Origin: Actinomycetota bacterium | Lineage (GTDB): Bacteria > Actinomycetota > UBA4738 > HRBIN12 | DNA: 62,472 nucleotides | NCBI GenBank assembly: GCA_040754475.1 | Contig: JBFMCN010000092.1 | Coordinates: forward strand, 1 to 62,472 | Reading direction: 5' to 3' | Shown here: one piece after another, positions 1 through 8,832 of the stretch | Position numbering within the stretch: position 1 is the first letter of the stretch | Layout of the letters: every line of letters begins with the position of its first letter | Notes under the pieces: model-generated | The model's input: the letters and a program-made list of their open reading frames with translations, nothing else | Told to the model about the DNA's origin: nothing | Database searches by the model: none | Position numbers and translations under genes: made by a program

Positions 1-51
1 AACGTTCGGTGAGGCCCCAGGGAGGGGCCGCGCGAGGTAGATTGCGCTTTA

Positions 52-125
52 GGGGCGGTAGCTCAGTGGGTCAGAGCAGCGGACTCATAATCCGCCGGTC
101 GCAGGTTCGAGTCCTGCCCGCCCCA
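52..125 (+). tRNA. tRNA-Met (anticodon CAU at 86..88), elongator-like
   Basis: Hand-folded cloverleaf: acceptor GGGGCGG/CCGCCCC, D stem GCTC/GAGC, anticodon stem GCGGA/TCCGC with loop CTCATAA, T arm GCAGG-TTCGAGT-CCTGC, discriminator A125. The G1:C72 pair and the lack of a GGG/CCC anticodon stem argue against an initiator. A lysidine tRNA-Ile2 cannot be excluded. Confidence 0.9.
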
Positions 126-173
126 CCCATCTAGCTGTTTGGTTCTGTGAAGCTTCGGCACCTCTGTCCCACA

Positions 174-230
174 CCGGCTCCGGCTCCTCTGTCGCACTCT
201 CCGACCCGGCTCCGGCTCCTTGGCGACACT
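174..230 (+). repeat. Direct repeat with a 32-nt period. CCGGCTCCGGCTCCT is perfect at 174..188 and 206..220; similarity extends to 25 nt (20/25).
   Basis: Read directly from the sequence. Lies about 50 nt downstream of the tRNA-Met 3' end in non-coding DNA. Confidence 0.7.
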
Positions 231-291
231 GGCTTCGGGACCGCCGGTGCGGCTGGGTCGGCCCGCTTGCTGCAGCTCTTCTGCCTCCGTC

Positions 292-549
292 TCAGTAGGT
301 GAACGGGATGAGCCTCTTGGTCTTTCGCTCGTAGGCGACGTACCCGTGACCGTATGCCTGCCGCGACCCTTCCTCTCGCGCGGGGATGAGCAGCAGGATC
401 AGCGCGAGGTAGACTCCGAAGACGCAGGCCAGGGCCCTCGACTGAACGAGGCACGCGAGTCCGAGAGAGACACACAGCGCCGCCGTGTGCATGGGGTGTC
501 TGGCCAACCTGTAGGGCCCGGCGGTGGCCCGCCGTGACCCGACAGCAAC
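292..549 (-). pseudogene. C-terminal fragment of an isoprenylcysteine carboxyl / phospholipid methyltransferase (ICMT/PEMT) family membrane protein
   Basis: The tail of ORF 292..786 reads GPYRLARHPMH..., then two hydrophobic helices, then REEG..YG..Y..Y...TKRLIPFTY. This matches the conserved C-terminal half of the ICMT family. The upstream part of the ORF is Arg-rich nonsense overlapping the next gene. A 66-aa product starting at ATG 492 is possible. Confidence 0.45.
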
Positions 550-577
550 CCAAGCCCGACGATCCACGCGTCTGCCG

Positions 578-1147
578 CTAGGACCGCGGGCGATGCCAGG
601 GCGAGCGCCGCACCAGAGGGGCCTCACGCTTGCGTTCCTCCCGAGTGCCTGCCGGCCGGATCGCGAACGGCTCTCCGCGATGCACCCCGGCCCGCTCGAG
701 CGACTGGCAGATCGCAACCAGGACGGGATTCGTGGCCCTGCCGAACTCCAACGTGGTGCGCGTGCGGGCGACCGGTCGTTCCGCATCTCCCCACCGGAAC
801 CACAGGAAGTGGTGCTGGGGGACGTGCTCCATGCGCGCGTGCGGAGCGTGCTCGAGCCTGAGGACCGGGCGATTGTCGTGCCGGCGACCGAGCGTCCACT
901 CCGTGATCTGATCGAAAGCGAGTGAGCTGCAGACCCACTCGCCGCGGTGTGGCGGATGGGAGAGCTGGTGCGCCTGCAGGATCCGGCGGTCCGTGACGAG
1001 CGGGTAGTCTCTGCTGCGGGCCACGACCAGTTCGCCAGGTTCGAGCTGGGCCTCCAGAAACGCGTTTCGCTCGGCGCGCCGTCGCTCGCGGCGCCTCAAC
1101 GCCTCATGCCTCAGACGACGTCTGTCTGCCGGTTCAGAGGGGGTCAT
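578..1147 (-). CDS. Hypothetical protein (189 aa), possibly with a bacterial PH-like fold
   Basis: In-frame ATG at 1147 overlaps the stop of the upstream gene (ATGA). High third-position GC. No confident family match; the motif YPLVTDRRIL resembles bPH/YdbS-like proteins. Confidence 0.6.
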   Translation of the reverse strand: MTPSEPADRRRLRHEALRRRERRRAERNAFLEAQLEPGELVVARSRDYPLVTDRRILQAHQLSHPPHRGEWVCSSLAFDQITEWTLGRRHDNRPVLRLEHAPHARMEHVPQHHFLWFRWGDAERPVARTRTTLEFGRATNPVLVAICQSLERAGVHRGEPFAIRPAGTREERKREAPLVRRSPWHRPRS

Positions 1148-1461
1148 CTGCAGTCCAAGGCCTCCATCCACGCGACGGCCGCAGCGGCCACCTCCACAAG
1201 GTAGCCGCGGAGCTTGGCTGGGTCGGATTCCGCGAACGCCGTGAAGACCCCCTCGCTCAGGATGTGGCGCCAGGCCAGCGAGCCTTGCTCGGCCTTGGAC
1301 CGACGGACCTGCCCTGCTTGCTCCGCCATCTCGCGGAAGGTGTCTTGGCCGGTGCCGTCGGGGAGGGCGGATCGATCGCCGTAGGCTTCCCTCTGACGAT
1401 CCAGCTCCCTCGTCACGTCGATCAGCCACGGCGCCCGTTCCCCTGGGTGATGGACGTTCAC
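1144..1461 (-). CDS. Hypothetical all-alpha protein (105 aa) with weak resemblance to phage/actinobacterial MazG-like NTP pyrophosphohydrolase family
   Basis: ORF with high GC3. Pattern ...YGDRSALPDGTG...W..ILSEGVFTAFAESDPAKLRGYLVEVAAAAVAWMEAL resembles the MazG-like helices, but the EExxE acidic motif is degenerate. Confidence 0.55.
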   Translation of the reverse strand: MNVHHPGERAPWLIDVTRELDRQREAYGDRSALPDGTGQDTFREMAEQAGQVRRSKAEQGSLAWRHILSEGVFTAFAESDPAKLRGYLVEVAAAAVAWMEALDCR

Positions 1462-1593
1462 TCCTCGCCCCCTTCCATCCGCACACTCGCGTCGCCCGGT
1501 GCTCCGCTACTCGCGCTTGCGTCGCCGTGCGGACTCAGAGTCTCATTCGGACCGACGCGACGACGAGGCGGGATCCCTCGGGACGTCTCCGGC

Positions 1594-1642
1594 CGGACTC
1601 ATGACCAGTCGGTCGCAGGTTCGAGCCGTGTCCGCCCCACTC
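1594..1642 (+). repeat. Degenerate direct copy of tRNA-Met positions 80..128 (anticodon stem through 3' end); att-like scar
   Basis: Hand alignment at a constant offset of 1514 gives 41/49 identical. This includes a 16/16 run (96..111 vs 1610..1625) and the anticodon-loop string CGGACTCAT (80..88 vs 1594..1602). Confidence 0.8.
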
Positions 1643-3437
1643 CGACCGCGGCCGACGAGCGTGGTACCCACGCGCGGACGGTTGTTCCCTCACCGGGCCG
1701 GCTTTCGACCTGCAGGCTCCCTCCGGCCATCTCTGCACGCTCTCGCATGCCCACGAGACCGAGGTGACCGCCGGCGGCCGGTTGCGAGATGTCGAAGCCC
1801 ACACCGTCGTCGGAGACTTCGAGACGCACGAACTCGTCCGAGTCGAGGAATCGTATCTGGGCATGGGCCGCCCCGGCGTGCTTCACGACGTTGGTCAAGG
1901 CCTCCTGAACGATCCGGTAGAGGACGGTCTCGACCTCGGGAGGGACGCCGTCGAGCGTCTCGGTCCCGCCCTCGACCGAGACGAGCAGGCCCGTTCCTTC
2001 CTCCAGACGCGCCGCATGGTCGCGGAGCGCGTCCAGAAGCCCACGCTGGTCGAGGACCGGCGGCCGAAGCTCGCTCATCAATCTCCTCAGCAGGCTGATC
2101 TCCTCCCCGATCTGCGACTGCACCTCCTCTATCGCCTCCTGCGATGCTTGGGGGTCGCCGCGGGACGCGGCCATCCTCGCGATCTCGAGGCGGAGGGTGA
2201 GCGCCGTCAGTCGCTGGATCGGCCCGTCGTGGAGGTCGCCGGCGATACGGGTGCGCTCCTCCTCGACGATGTCGACGATCCTCTTGAGTAGGCGCCGCCG
2301 CATCGCGTGGGCTCCGCGCAGCTGGCTTGCGCGTTCGTGGGCGTCGATCGCCCGCGCGGCTTGGTTCGCGAACAAACTCAGGGCCACGAGCTTCTCCTCC
2401 GTCGGAAGCATGAAGTCCATCGGATCGTCGGCCCAGATCAGGCCCTCGATCTTTCCGGCGGGATCGTGGAGGGGGACGAGCAGCCAGTGCCCGGACCACG
2501 CCCGAGGGCCGGTACCGTTCCTGACCGATTCGGGAGGCACCACCCGAGCGGGGACCCTGGCGGCGGCGATGTCACCCGGGATCAGGTAGCAGCCCGCGAT
2601 CTCGAAGGCGGGATCGAACAACGCAGACACGTCGGAGAGGGAGTAGGGGGCGCCGGAGTCACCCCCTCCCGCACGCCATCCTGTGGCGGCCTTCGTGCGG
2701 AGCACGCCACTGGTCCGGTCCATGAGCTCGACGGCGACCTTCTCGAAGCCGAGCGCGGTGCTGGCCCCGTCGCAGACCGCCTGCAGGAGCTCCTGGAGGT
2801 CGTACGCGTGGCCCAGCCGGGTCGACACGCGCAGGAGATGCTCTAGAGCTCGGCGGTGCTCCGCGCTTGCCGCGGCCTGCCGTGCGTTCTCGACGGCGGC
2901 CGTCGCACAGGACGTGAACGCGACGAGCATTCGCAGAGCCCGCTCCGAGGGCCGGCGGCCGGACGTCGGCTGGTCGACCGAAAGCATGCCGACGATCTCC
3001 CCACTCGAGCGTCGCATCGGGACGAGCAGCCAGTCCCTGGGTCCCCAGGTGTCCGGGTCATCTACGGGCGCGAGATCGGGCACGTACACCGCCCCCAGGC
3101 GGGTCTGCTCGACGTCCATCCTCGCGAGGTAGGCCCCTGAATGATCGAAGCGCTCGTCGAGAAGCGGCGAGAAGTCCTCCAGGCGGTTTGTCGTCCCGAG
3201 AAGGAGCCTCGCTCCCGGGTGATCGGAGCGGCAGGTGGATGCGATGAAGTCGTCCCAGGCAGGTCGGTAGAGGTTGATCACGACAACGGAGAATCCCAGG
3301 CACCGCGAGATGGCCTCGGCCGTCGCATCCAGGAACGAGGCGAGGTCGGTCTGAGAGCCGACCGCGCCGCTCTGTTCTACGAGACGCCAGAGCGACTCGA
3401 GCGTGCCGAGCTCATCGACGTCCGCGCCGTTCTTCAT
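1599..3437 (-). CDS. Sensor histidine kinase with tandem GAF domains, HisKA_3 dimerisation domain and HATPase_c
   Basis: 612-aa ORF. GAF-like N-terminal two-thirds; H-box DLHDGPIQRLTAL (NarL-partner HisKA_3 type); N/G boxes EALTNVVKHA, DDGVGF, GLVGMRERA. No response regulator gene is adjacent. Confidence 0.85.
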   Translation of the reverse strand: MKNGADVDELGTLESLWRLVEQSGAVGSQTDLASFLDATAEAISRCLGFSVVVINLYRPAWDDFIASTCRSDHPGARLLLGTTNRLEDFSPLLDERFDHSGAYLARMDVEQTRLGAVYVPDLAPVDDPDTWGPRDWLLVPMRRSSGEIVGMLSVDQPTSGRRPSERALRMLVAFTSCATAAVENARQAAASAEHRRALEHLLRVSTRLGHAYDLQELLQAVCDGASTALGFEKVAVELMDRTSGVLRTKAATGWRAGGGDSGAPYSLSDVSALFDPAFEIAGCYLIPGDIAAARVPARVVPPESVRNGTGPRAWSGHWLLVPLHDPAGKIEGLIWADDPMDFMLPTEEKLVALSLFANQAARAIDAHERASQLRGAHAMRRRLLKRIVDIVEEERTRIAGDLHDGPIQRLTALTLRLEIARMAASRGDPQASQEAIEEVQSQIGEEISLLRRLMSELRPPVLDQRGLLDALRDHAARLEEGTGLLVSVEGGTETLDGVPPEVETVLYRIVQEALTNVVKHAGAAHAQIRFLDSDEFVRLEVSDDGVGFDISQPAAGGHLGLVGMRERAEMAGGSLQVESRPGEGTTVRAWVPRSSAAVGVGRTRLEPATDWS

Positions 3438-3509
3438 CTATCCCCTCTGTTCAAGCAGTCGGACGGCATGGGGTCGAGGTTGAGTGGGGCGACGCCGGCG
3501 CTTCGCGTC

Positions 3510-4280
3510 TCAGGTGGTCGGTTCCACGATGTCGCCGACCCGAACCATGCCCGGCTCCACGACATCCGCGTAGACGCCGAACGGCAGGTTGTTGTCCGCG
3601 GTCACTCCCCGGTACTTCCTGATGACCGACAGCGTGGGGAAGTCGCGCAGACCCGTGGTCGGACTCAGGGTGGTGGTGGCGCAACGGGGGACCTGTCTTC
3701 CGACCTCGACCGTTGCCCCGCCGATCCGCACGCGCCGTCCGCTCCAGGTGTCTTCTTCGTGAGGGGCGCAGCCGTCGATCTCGAGCAGCATCCGGAACCT
3801 GCCCGGGTCGACGCGGCTCTCGACTCCGCCCCATCGGCTGAGCTCGTCGACCGATGCGAGCGAAACGATCGTGACCGGGCGCACGTCGACCCCGGTGCCC
3901 GGATGATCTACCCGGACGAGCCGCACCGGCTCGCCCGTGTAGCGCGTGAGCGCCTCTTCGAACCCGCCCTCCACGACGTGGCCCTGCACGTCGCGCCCGT
4001 AGAAGCGCACGGACAGCGCCTCTCCGTTGGCGGCCGCCGATCCGGCAGCCACGACCCCGCCGGGAAGCCGAAGCACTAGCCGGTCGCGCTCGAAGTCGTA
4101 GTCCGAACCGATCCGAAGGAGCTGAGCCTTCTTCGCGCCGGAGAACCGCTTCCCGTCCTTGTCGACGACGAAGAAATCACGGTTCCCCACAGCCCCGTGG
4201 GGTTCGAGGCGGATCTGCTCTGGATGCAGAAGGGCCGTCGACTTCACCGGCGTGACGTTCAGGCGCGCGACGATCGGCAT
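3510..4280 (-). CDS. MOSC domain-containing protein
   Basis: The last 256 aa of ORF 3510..5123, from MPIVARLNVTPVKS (ATG at 4280), cover the MOSC N-terminal beta-barrel and the MOSC domain with conserved Cys (VPRCATTT). The upstream part of the ORF overlaps lhr and is Arg-rich. Confidence 0.85.
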   Translation of the reverse strand: MPIVARLNVTPVKSTALLHPEQIRLEPHGAVGNRDFFVVDKDGKRFSGAKKAQLLRIGSDYDFERDRLVLRLPGGVVAAGSAAANGEALSVRFYGRDVQGHVVEGGFEEALTRYTGEPVRLVRVDHPGTGVDVRPVTIVSLASVDELSRWGGVESRVDPGRFRMLLEIDGCAPHEEDTWSGRRVRIGGATVEVGRQVPRCATTTLSPTTGLRDFPTLSVIRKYRGVTADNNLPFGVYADVVEPGMVRVGDIVEPTT

Positions 4281-4318
4281 CCGCGCAACGCTACCAGCGG
4301 GGCGGGGCGAAGGTCGTC

Positions 4319-7300
4319 TCAGGGGCGGAGCACGAGACCTCGGTAGCCCTCCGCGAACCCCACGCCCCGGAGCCGCTCGCCGAGCGGGGACTCTTGGGCG
4401 GGGACTCCGTCGATCCTCCGGAGCTCGATCCTTCGGAGGCGCCCGTCCTTGGGCAGGCTCGCGAGGGCGAGGATCCACGCATTCCCCTGGTCCGCAGCGG
4501 GAAACGTCGTCAGCGTCCGGCCGCCGCGCTCGAGGAAGGCGGCCAGCTCCCCGTTCAGCAGGATCACGTAGGCCCCGGCGGTCCTTGCCGGCCTGCCGGG
4601 GGAGTCGGGCCAGGGCAGAGCGGCTCCGTAGGGCTGCGCCGGATCCGCGGCTGACAGTGCGATCGCGCGCGCTTCGGCGTCGACGCGCACTTCGCCCCCC
4701 ACGGACGCCTCGGCTGCGACGGCGCGGAGGTCGCGGAGGCGATCGACCGCGCCGGGGAGCGCGAACTGTGCGGCTCCGAGGCCGGCGACGAAGTAGCCCC
4801 GGCGCACCTTGCCGGATTCCTCGAGCGCTTTCAGGACCCCGTAGACCGACGCGAACCCGCCGGGCGAGCCCTCGGCGAGGACGGCTTCCCTGGTGAGGAC
4901 GCCGTGGCGATCCAGGAGCTGGAGCGCACGGGCGTGGGCCGCTTCGGTGGCGGTCGGCACAGGTCCGAGGAGCGGCGCCACGAGCGACCACCGTCCACGA
5001 CCGGCCGTGGGGCCGACCCGTCGAAGCGCGCCCGGCCGCGGCTTGCCCCTCGGCGCTCGGGGCCGCCGTGCGAGGAAGGCGCGAAGCGGCGCGAGAGTGT
5101 CGTTCGTGACCTCTCCCGACCACACGAGGTCCCAGAGAGCCCCAAGGACCACCCGCTCGTCGGCCGTATCCGCCGCGGCGACGAGGTCCGGCCAGAAGGA
5201 CGCTCCGCGGGAGTCCAGACGCCGGCGGAGGGCGTCGTGGAGCGGTTCGGCGGGCTTCTCCTCAGGTGGCGGCGGAACCAGCAGGGGAAGTCGGTCGCGG
5301 AAGCACAGGCACACGCGCCCGTCGTCGGGACCGAGCGCTCCGGCGCCCGCCCAGACGAGCTCTCCCGAGGCGCATAGGGCGTCGAGATCGGCGGGCCGGT
5401 AGGCGGCGACGCGGGCGGGGAGCACGTCGACCTCCAGGATCGAGGCCGGGATGGCGGCACCCTGGAGCTGCACGAGGGCGTCGACGAGGGCATCGGGCCC
5501 TCGGCGCGGACGCGTGAGGCCCTGCCACTCGGGCAGGAATCTGGCGAGCGCGGCTGCGTCGACCGGCTCGACCTCCTTGCGGAGCGCGGCGAGCGAGCGA
5601 CGCCTGAGCGCGCGGAGCACGTCGACCTCCACCCACTCGCGCTCCATACCCGCGGGGCGGAACTCGCCGGTGACGACGCGTCCGTCGGTCTCGAGCGACG
5701 CGAGCGCCGACGCCACGCGCTCCGGGGAGACGCCGAACCGCCGGGCGACGTCGCTCGCGTGGAACGGGCCGTGGGTCCGGGCGAAGCGCCACACCAGCCC
5801 ATCGAGCGGCGCCTCGCCGGGCTCGGCGAACACCGCCGGGACGCCCCGCGGGATGCTCACACCCAGCGCGTCCCGGAGACGGCCGGCGTCTTGGACCGCG
5901 GCCAGGCGCTCTTCGCCGGCGAGCCGAACCCGGATCGCCCGGCGTTCACCTACCAGCGTCTCGATCCACGCCGACGGGTCCGAGACGCTCCGCGCAGCCA
6001 GCTCCTCGGCGGTCAGGTCGCCCAGGCGGCGGAGGAGGTCGTGGAGGTCGTCCGCGTTCCGGGCCTTGCGGTTCTCGGCCAAAGACTGGAGTTCGAGCTC
6101 CAGGGCAGCAAGGGCCCCGGGGTCGATCAGCTCCCTGAGGTCCTCGGAGCCTATGAGCTCGCGGAGCAGGTCGCGATCGAGGGCCAGCGCCGCCGCTCGT
6201 CGCTCGGCGAGCGGGGCGTCGCCCTCGTACATGTAAACGGCGATCCAGCGGAACAGCAGCGACTGGGCGAACGGCGAGGCGCGCGCGGTGTCGACCGCGG
6301 CGATCCGGATGCGCCGGGTGCGAACGTCGGTGAGCACGTCCTTCAGCGCCGGCAGGTCGAACACGTCGCGCAGGCATTCGCGCGTGGCTTCGAGCAGGAT
6401 CGGGAACGTCGGGTGCTTGGCGGCGGCCCGGAGCAGGTCGGCGGATCGCTGACGCTGCTGCCACAGCGGCGTCCGCTGGCCCGGGCGCCTTCGGGGTAGC
6501 AGGAGCGCGCGGGCGGCGGCCTCTCGGAAGACCGAGGCGAAGAGCGCGGTGGCCGGGAGCTCTCGCAGAACCAGCTCCTCGATGTCCTCCGGGTCGAACG
6601 TGAGGTCCTCGAGTGGGATCCGGTCCTCGGACTCCGGGAGCCGGATGACGATGCCGTCGTCACTCCAGAGCACCTGGACGTCGGCGCCCATGCGTTCGGA
6701 GAGGCGGGCTTCGATGGCCATCGCCCACGGCGCGTGGACCTTGGCGCCGAACGGCGACAGGAGGCAGACGCGCCAATCGCCGAGCTCGTCGCGGAACCGT
6801 TCGACGACGATGGTGTGGTCGTCTGGGATCGCCCCGGCCGACTCGCGCTGGTCGTCCAGGTACGTCACGAGGTTCTCGGCAGCGAGGGCGTCCAGTCCGT
6901 AATCCTTGCGCAGCAACGAGACTGCGCGACCTCGCTTCTCGGACGCGATCGTGCGTGAGAACTCCCCGATCGCGCGCCCGAGCTCGAGGGGGCGTCCCGG
7001 CTTGTCGCCCTTCCAGAACGGCATCTTGCCCGGCTCGCCGGGCGCGGGCGAGACGAGGACGCGATCGTGCGTGATGTCCTCGATCCGCCACGACGAGGCG
7101 CCGAGCAGGAAGACCTCCCCGCGGCGGCTCTCGTAGACCATCTCCTCGTCGAGCTCGCCGACGCGCGTCCCGTCCGAAAGGAACACACCGAACAGCCCTC
7201 GGTCGGGGATCGTGCCTCCGCTCGTGACGGCGAGGCGTCCGGCGCCCTCGCGCGCTCTGAGGACGTTCCGTCGGCGGTCCCACACGATCCTCGGACGGAG

Positions 7301-8791
7301 CTCGGCGAACTCGTCGCTCGGGTAGCGTCCCGAGAGCAGGTCCAGGACCGCGGCAAGCAGGTCGTCGGACAGGTCGGCGAAGTTGGCGGCTCGGCGCACC
7401 AGCGCACCGAGCTCGTCGACGGACCACTCCTCGAGCGCGCACATCGCGACGATCTGCTGCGCGAGGACGTCGAGCGGGTTGCGTGGGAAACGCGTCTCCT
7501 CGATCAAGCCTTCCCGCATCCTTTGCACGACGACGGCTGCCTCGAGCAGATCTCCCCTGTACTTCGGGAAGACCTTGCCGCGGCTCGGCTCGCCGACCTT
7601 GTGGCCGGCGCGGCCGATCCGCTGCAGCCCGCGGGCGACCGAGCCCGGCGACTCCACCTGCACGACCAGGTCGACGGCGCCCATGTCGATCCCCAGCTCG
7701 AGCGAGCTCGTCGCGACGAGCGCCCGGAGTGACCCCTGCTTCAGCCGGTCCTCGATCTCCAGCCGCTGCTCGCGGGCGACCGAGCCGTGATGCGCCCGGA
7801 CGAGGTCCTCGCCGGCGAGCTCGTTCAGTCGGGCCGCCAACCTTTCGGCCAGGCGGCGCGCGTTCACGAACACCAGGGTCGACCGGTGTTGACGGATGAG
7901 TTCGAGGAGCTCCGGGTAGACCGCCGGCCAGATGCTCACGCGCTCCGGCCCGGCAGCGGCGGGACCGCTCGGGACTCCGGCCCTGGGACCGACCCCGGCG
8001 GCGGGACCGCTCGGGGGCCGGTCGGAGAGCTTGCCGAGCTCCGACATGTCCTCGACCGGGACGATCACCTCGACCTCCATCGGCTTGCGGTGGCCTGCGT
8101 CCACGATGGTGACGGGACGCGGGCCCTGGAGCGTGCGTCCGCCGAGGAAGCGCGCGATCTCGTCGAGCGGACGCTGCGTGGCCGACAGGCCGATCCGCTG
8201 GGGCGGGCGACGTGCGAGGGCCTCGAGTCGCTCGAGCGACAGCGCGAGGTGCGCGCCCCGCTTCGTCGCTGCCATCGCGTGGATCTCGTCGACGATCACC
8301 CAGCGAACGGCGCGCAGGATCTCGCGGGCCGAGGAGGTGAGCATCAGGTAGAGCGACTCGGGTGTGGTGATGAGGATGTCGGGCGGGCGCCGCTGGATCC
8401 GCCGACGCTCGTCGGTGGGCGTGTCGCCCGTCCGCATCGCGACGCTCGGAACCCGCGCGTCGAGGCCGAGACGTTCTGCCGCGAGCTGGACTCCCTGGAT
8501 CGGTGCGCGCAGGTTCTTCTCGACGTCGACGGCGAGCGCTCGGAGCGGCGAGATGTACAGGACCCGGCAACGCTCGGCCGCCGGGGGTTCGGGCTCGCCC
8601 GCGAGCCGGTCGATGGCCCACAGGAAGGCTGCGAGCGTCTTGCCCGAGCCGGTCGGCGCCAGGATCAGTGTGTGGTCGCCCTTCGCGATGGCCGGCCACC
8701 CCAGCACCTGGGCTGGCGTCGGGGCCTCGAACGAGGCCTGGAACCACTCACGGACCGCGGGGGAGAACCGGTCGAGCGCCATCGCCCGCAA
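4319..8791 (-). CDS. lhr: ATP-dependent helicase Lhr (large helicase-related, DEAH superfamily 2)
   Basis: 1490 aa. Walker A APTGSGKT, DEIH box (VIVDEIHA), helicase C motifs and the long Lhr-type C-terminal extension. Confidence 0.9.
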   Translation of the reverse strand: MRAMALDRFSPAVREWFQASFEAPTPAQVLGWPAIAKGDHTLILAPTGSGKTLAAFLWAIDRLAGEPEPPAAERCRVLYISPLRALAVDVEKNLRAPIQGVQLAAERLGLDARVPSVAMRTGDTPTDERRRIQRRPPDILITTPESLYLMLTSSAREILRAVRWVIVDEIHAMAATKRGAHLALSLERLEALARRPPQRIGLSATQRPLDEIARFLGGRTLQGPRPVTIVDAGHRKPMEVEVIVPVEDMSELGKLSDRPPSGPAAGVGPRAGVPSGPAAAGPERVSIWPAVYPELLELIRQHRSTLVFVNARRLAERLAARLNELAGEDLVRAHHGSVAREQRLEIEDRLKQGSLRALVATSSLELGIDMGAVDLVVQVESPGSVARGLQRIGRAGHKVGEPSRGKVFPKYRGDLLEAAVVVQRMREGLIEETRFPRNPLDVLAQQIVAMCALEEWSVDELGALVRRAANFADLSDDLLAAVLDLLSGRYPSDEFAELRPRIVWDRRRNVLRAREGAGRLAVTSGGTIPDRGLFGVFLSDGTRVGELDEEMVYESRRGEVFLLGASSWRIEDITHDRVLVSPAPGEPGKMPFWKGDKPGRPLELGRAIGEFSRTIASEKRGRAVSLLRKDYGLDALAAENLVTYLDDQRESAGAIPDDHTIVVERFRDELGDWRVCLLSPFGAKVHAPWAMAIEARLSERMGADVQVLWSDDGIVIRLPESEDRIPLEDLTFDPEDIEELVLRELPATALFASVFREAAARALLLPRRRPGQRTPLWQQRQRSADLLRAAAKHPTFPILLEATRECLRDVFDLPALKDVLTDVRTRRIRIAAVDTARASPFAQSLLFRWIAVYMYEGDAPLAERRAAALALDRDLLRELIGSEDLRELIDPGALAALELELQSLAENRKARNADDLHDLLRRLGDLTAEELAARSVSDPSAWIETLVGERRAIRVRLAGEERLAAVQDAGRLRDALGVSIPRGVPAVFAEPGEAPLDGLVWRFARTHGPFHASDVARRFGVSPERVASALASLETDGRVVTGEFRPAGMEREWVEVDVLRALRRRSLAALRKEVEPVDAAALARFLPEWQGLTRPRRGPDALVDALVQLQGAAIPASILEVDVLPARVAAYRPADLDALCASGELVWAGAGALGPDDGRVCLCFRDRLPLLVPPPPEEKPAEPLHDALRRRLDSRGASFWPDLVAAADTADERVVLGALWDLVWSGEVTNDTLAPLRAFLARRPRAPRGKPRPGALRRVGPTAGRGRWSLVAPLLGPVPTATEAAHARALQLLDRHGVLTREAVLAEGSPGGFASVYGVLKALEESGKVRRGYFVAGLGAAQFALPGAVDRLRDLRAVAAEASVGGEVRVDAEARAIALSAADPAQPYGAALPWPDSPGRPARTAGAYVILLNGELAAFLERGGRTLTTFPAADQGNAWILALASLPKDGRLRRIELRRIDGVPAQESPLGERLRGVGFAEGYRGLVLRP

Positions 8792-8832
8792 CCGTACCGC
8801 GAACCTCGGACACGGCCCGCTCCACCGGTAGG

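Larger units (their letters stand above)
129..1593. mobile_element. Putative degraded remnant of an element integrated at tRNA-Met (no integrase present)
   Basis: Bracketed by tRNA-Met and a 49-nt imperfect direct copy of its 3' part (1594..1642). Contains a truncated ICMT-like fragment and two small, tightly coupled genes of phage-like flavour. Confidence 0.4.

Noticed and set aside
52-125. Possibility that the CAU tRNA is the initiator tRNA-fMet
   Set aside because: It has a Watson-Crick 1:72 pair (G:C). It also lacks the three consecutive G:C pairs at the bottom of the anticodon stem that mark bacterial initiators.
4281-5123. N-terminal extension of the MOSC ORF overlapping the lhr 3' end
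   Set aside because: It is Arg/Pro-rich with no homology. The MOSC domain protein starts cleanly at ATG 4280, 38 nt past the lhr stop.
6660-8747. 695-aa alternative-frame ORF inside lhr, plus several plus-strand ORFs across lhr
   Set aside because: The lhr frame carries all helicase motifs over 1490 aa. The alternative frames are Arg/Pro-rich.
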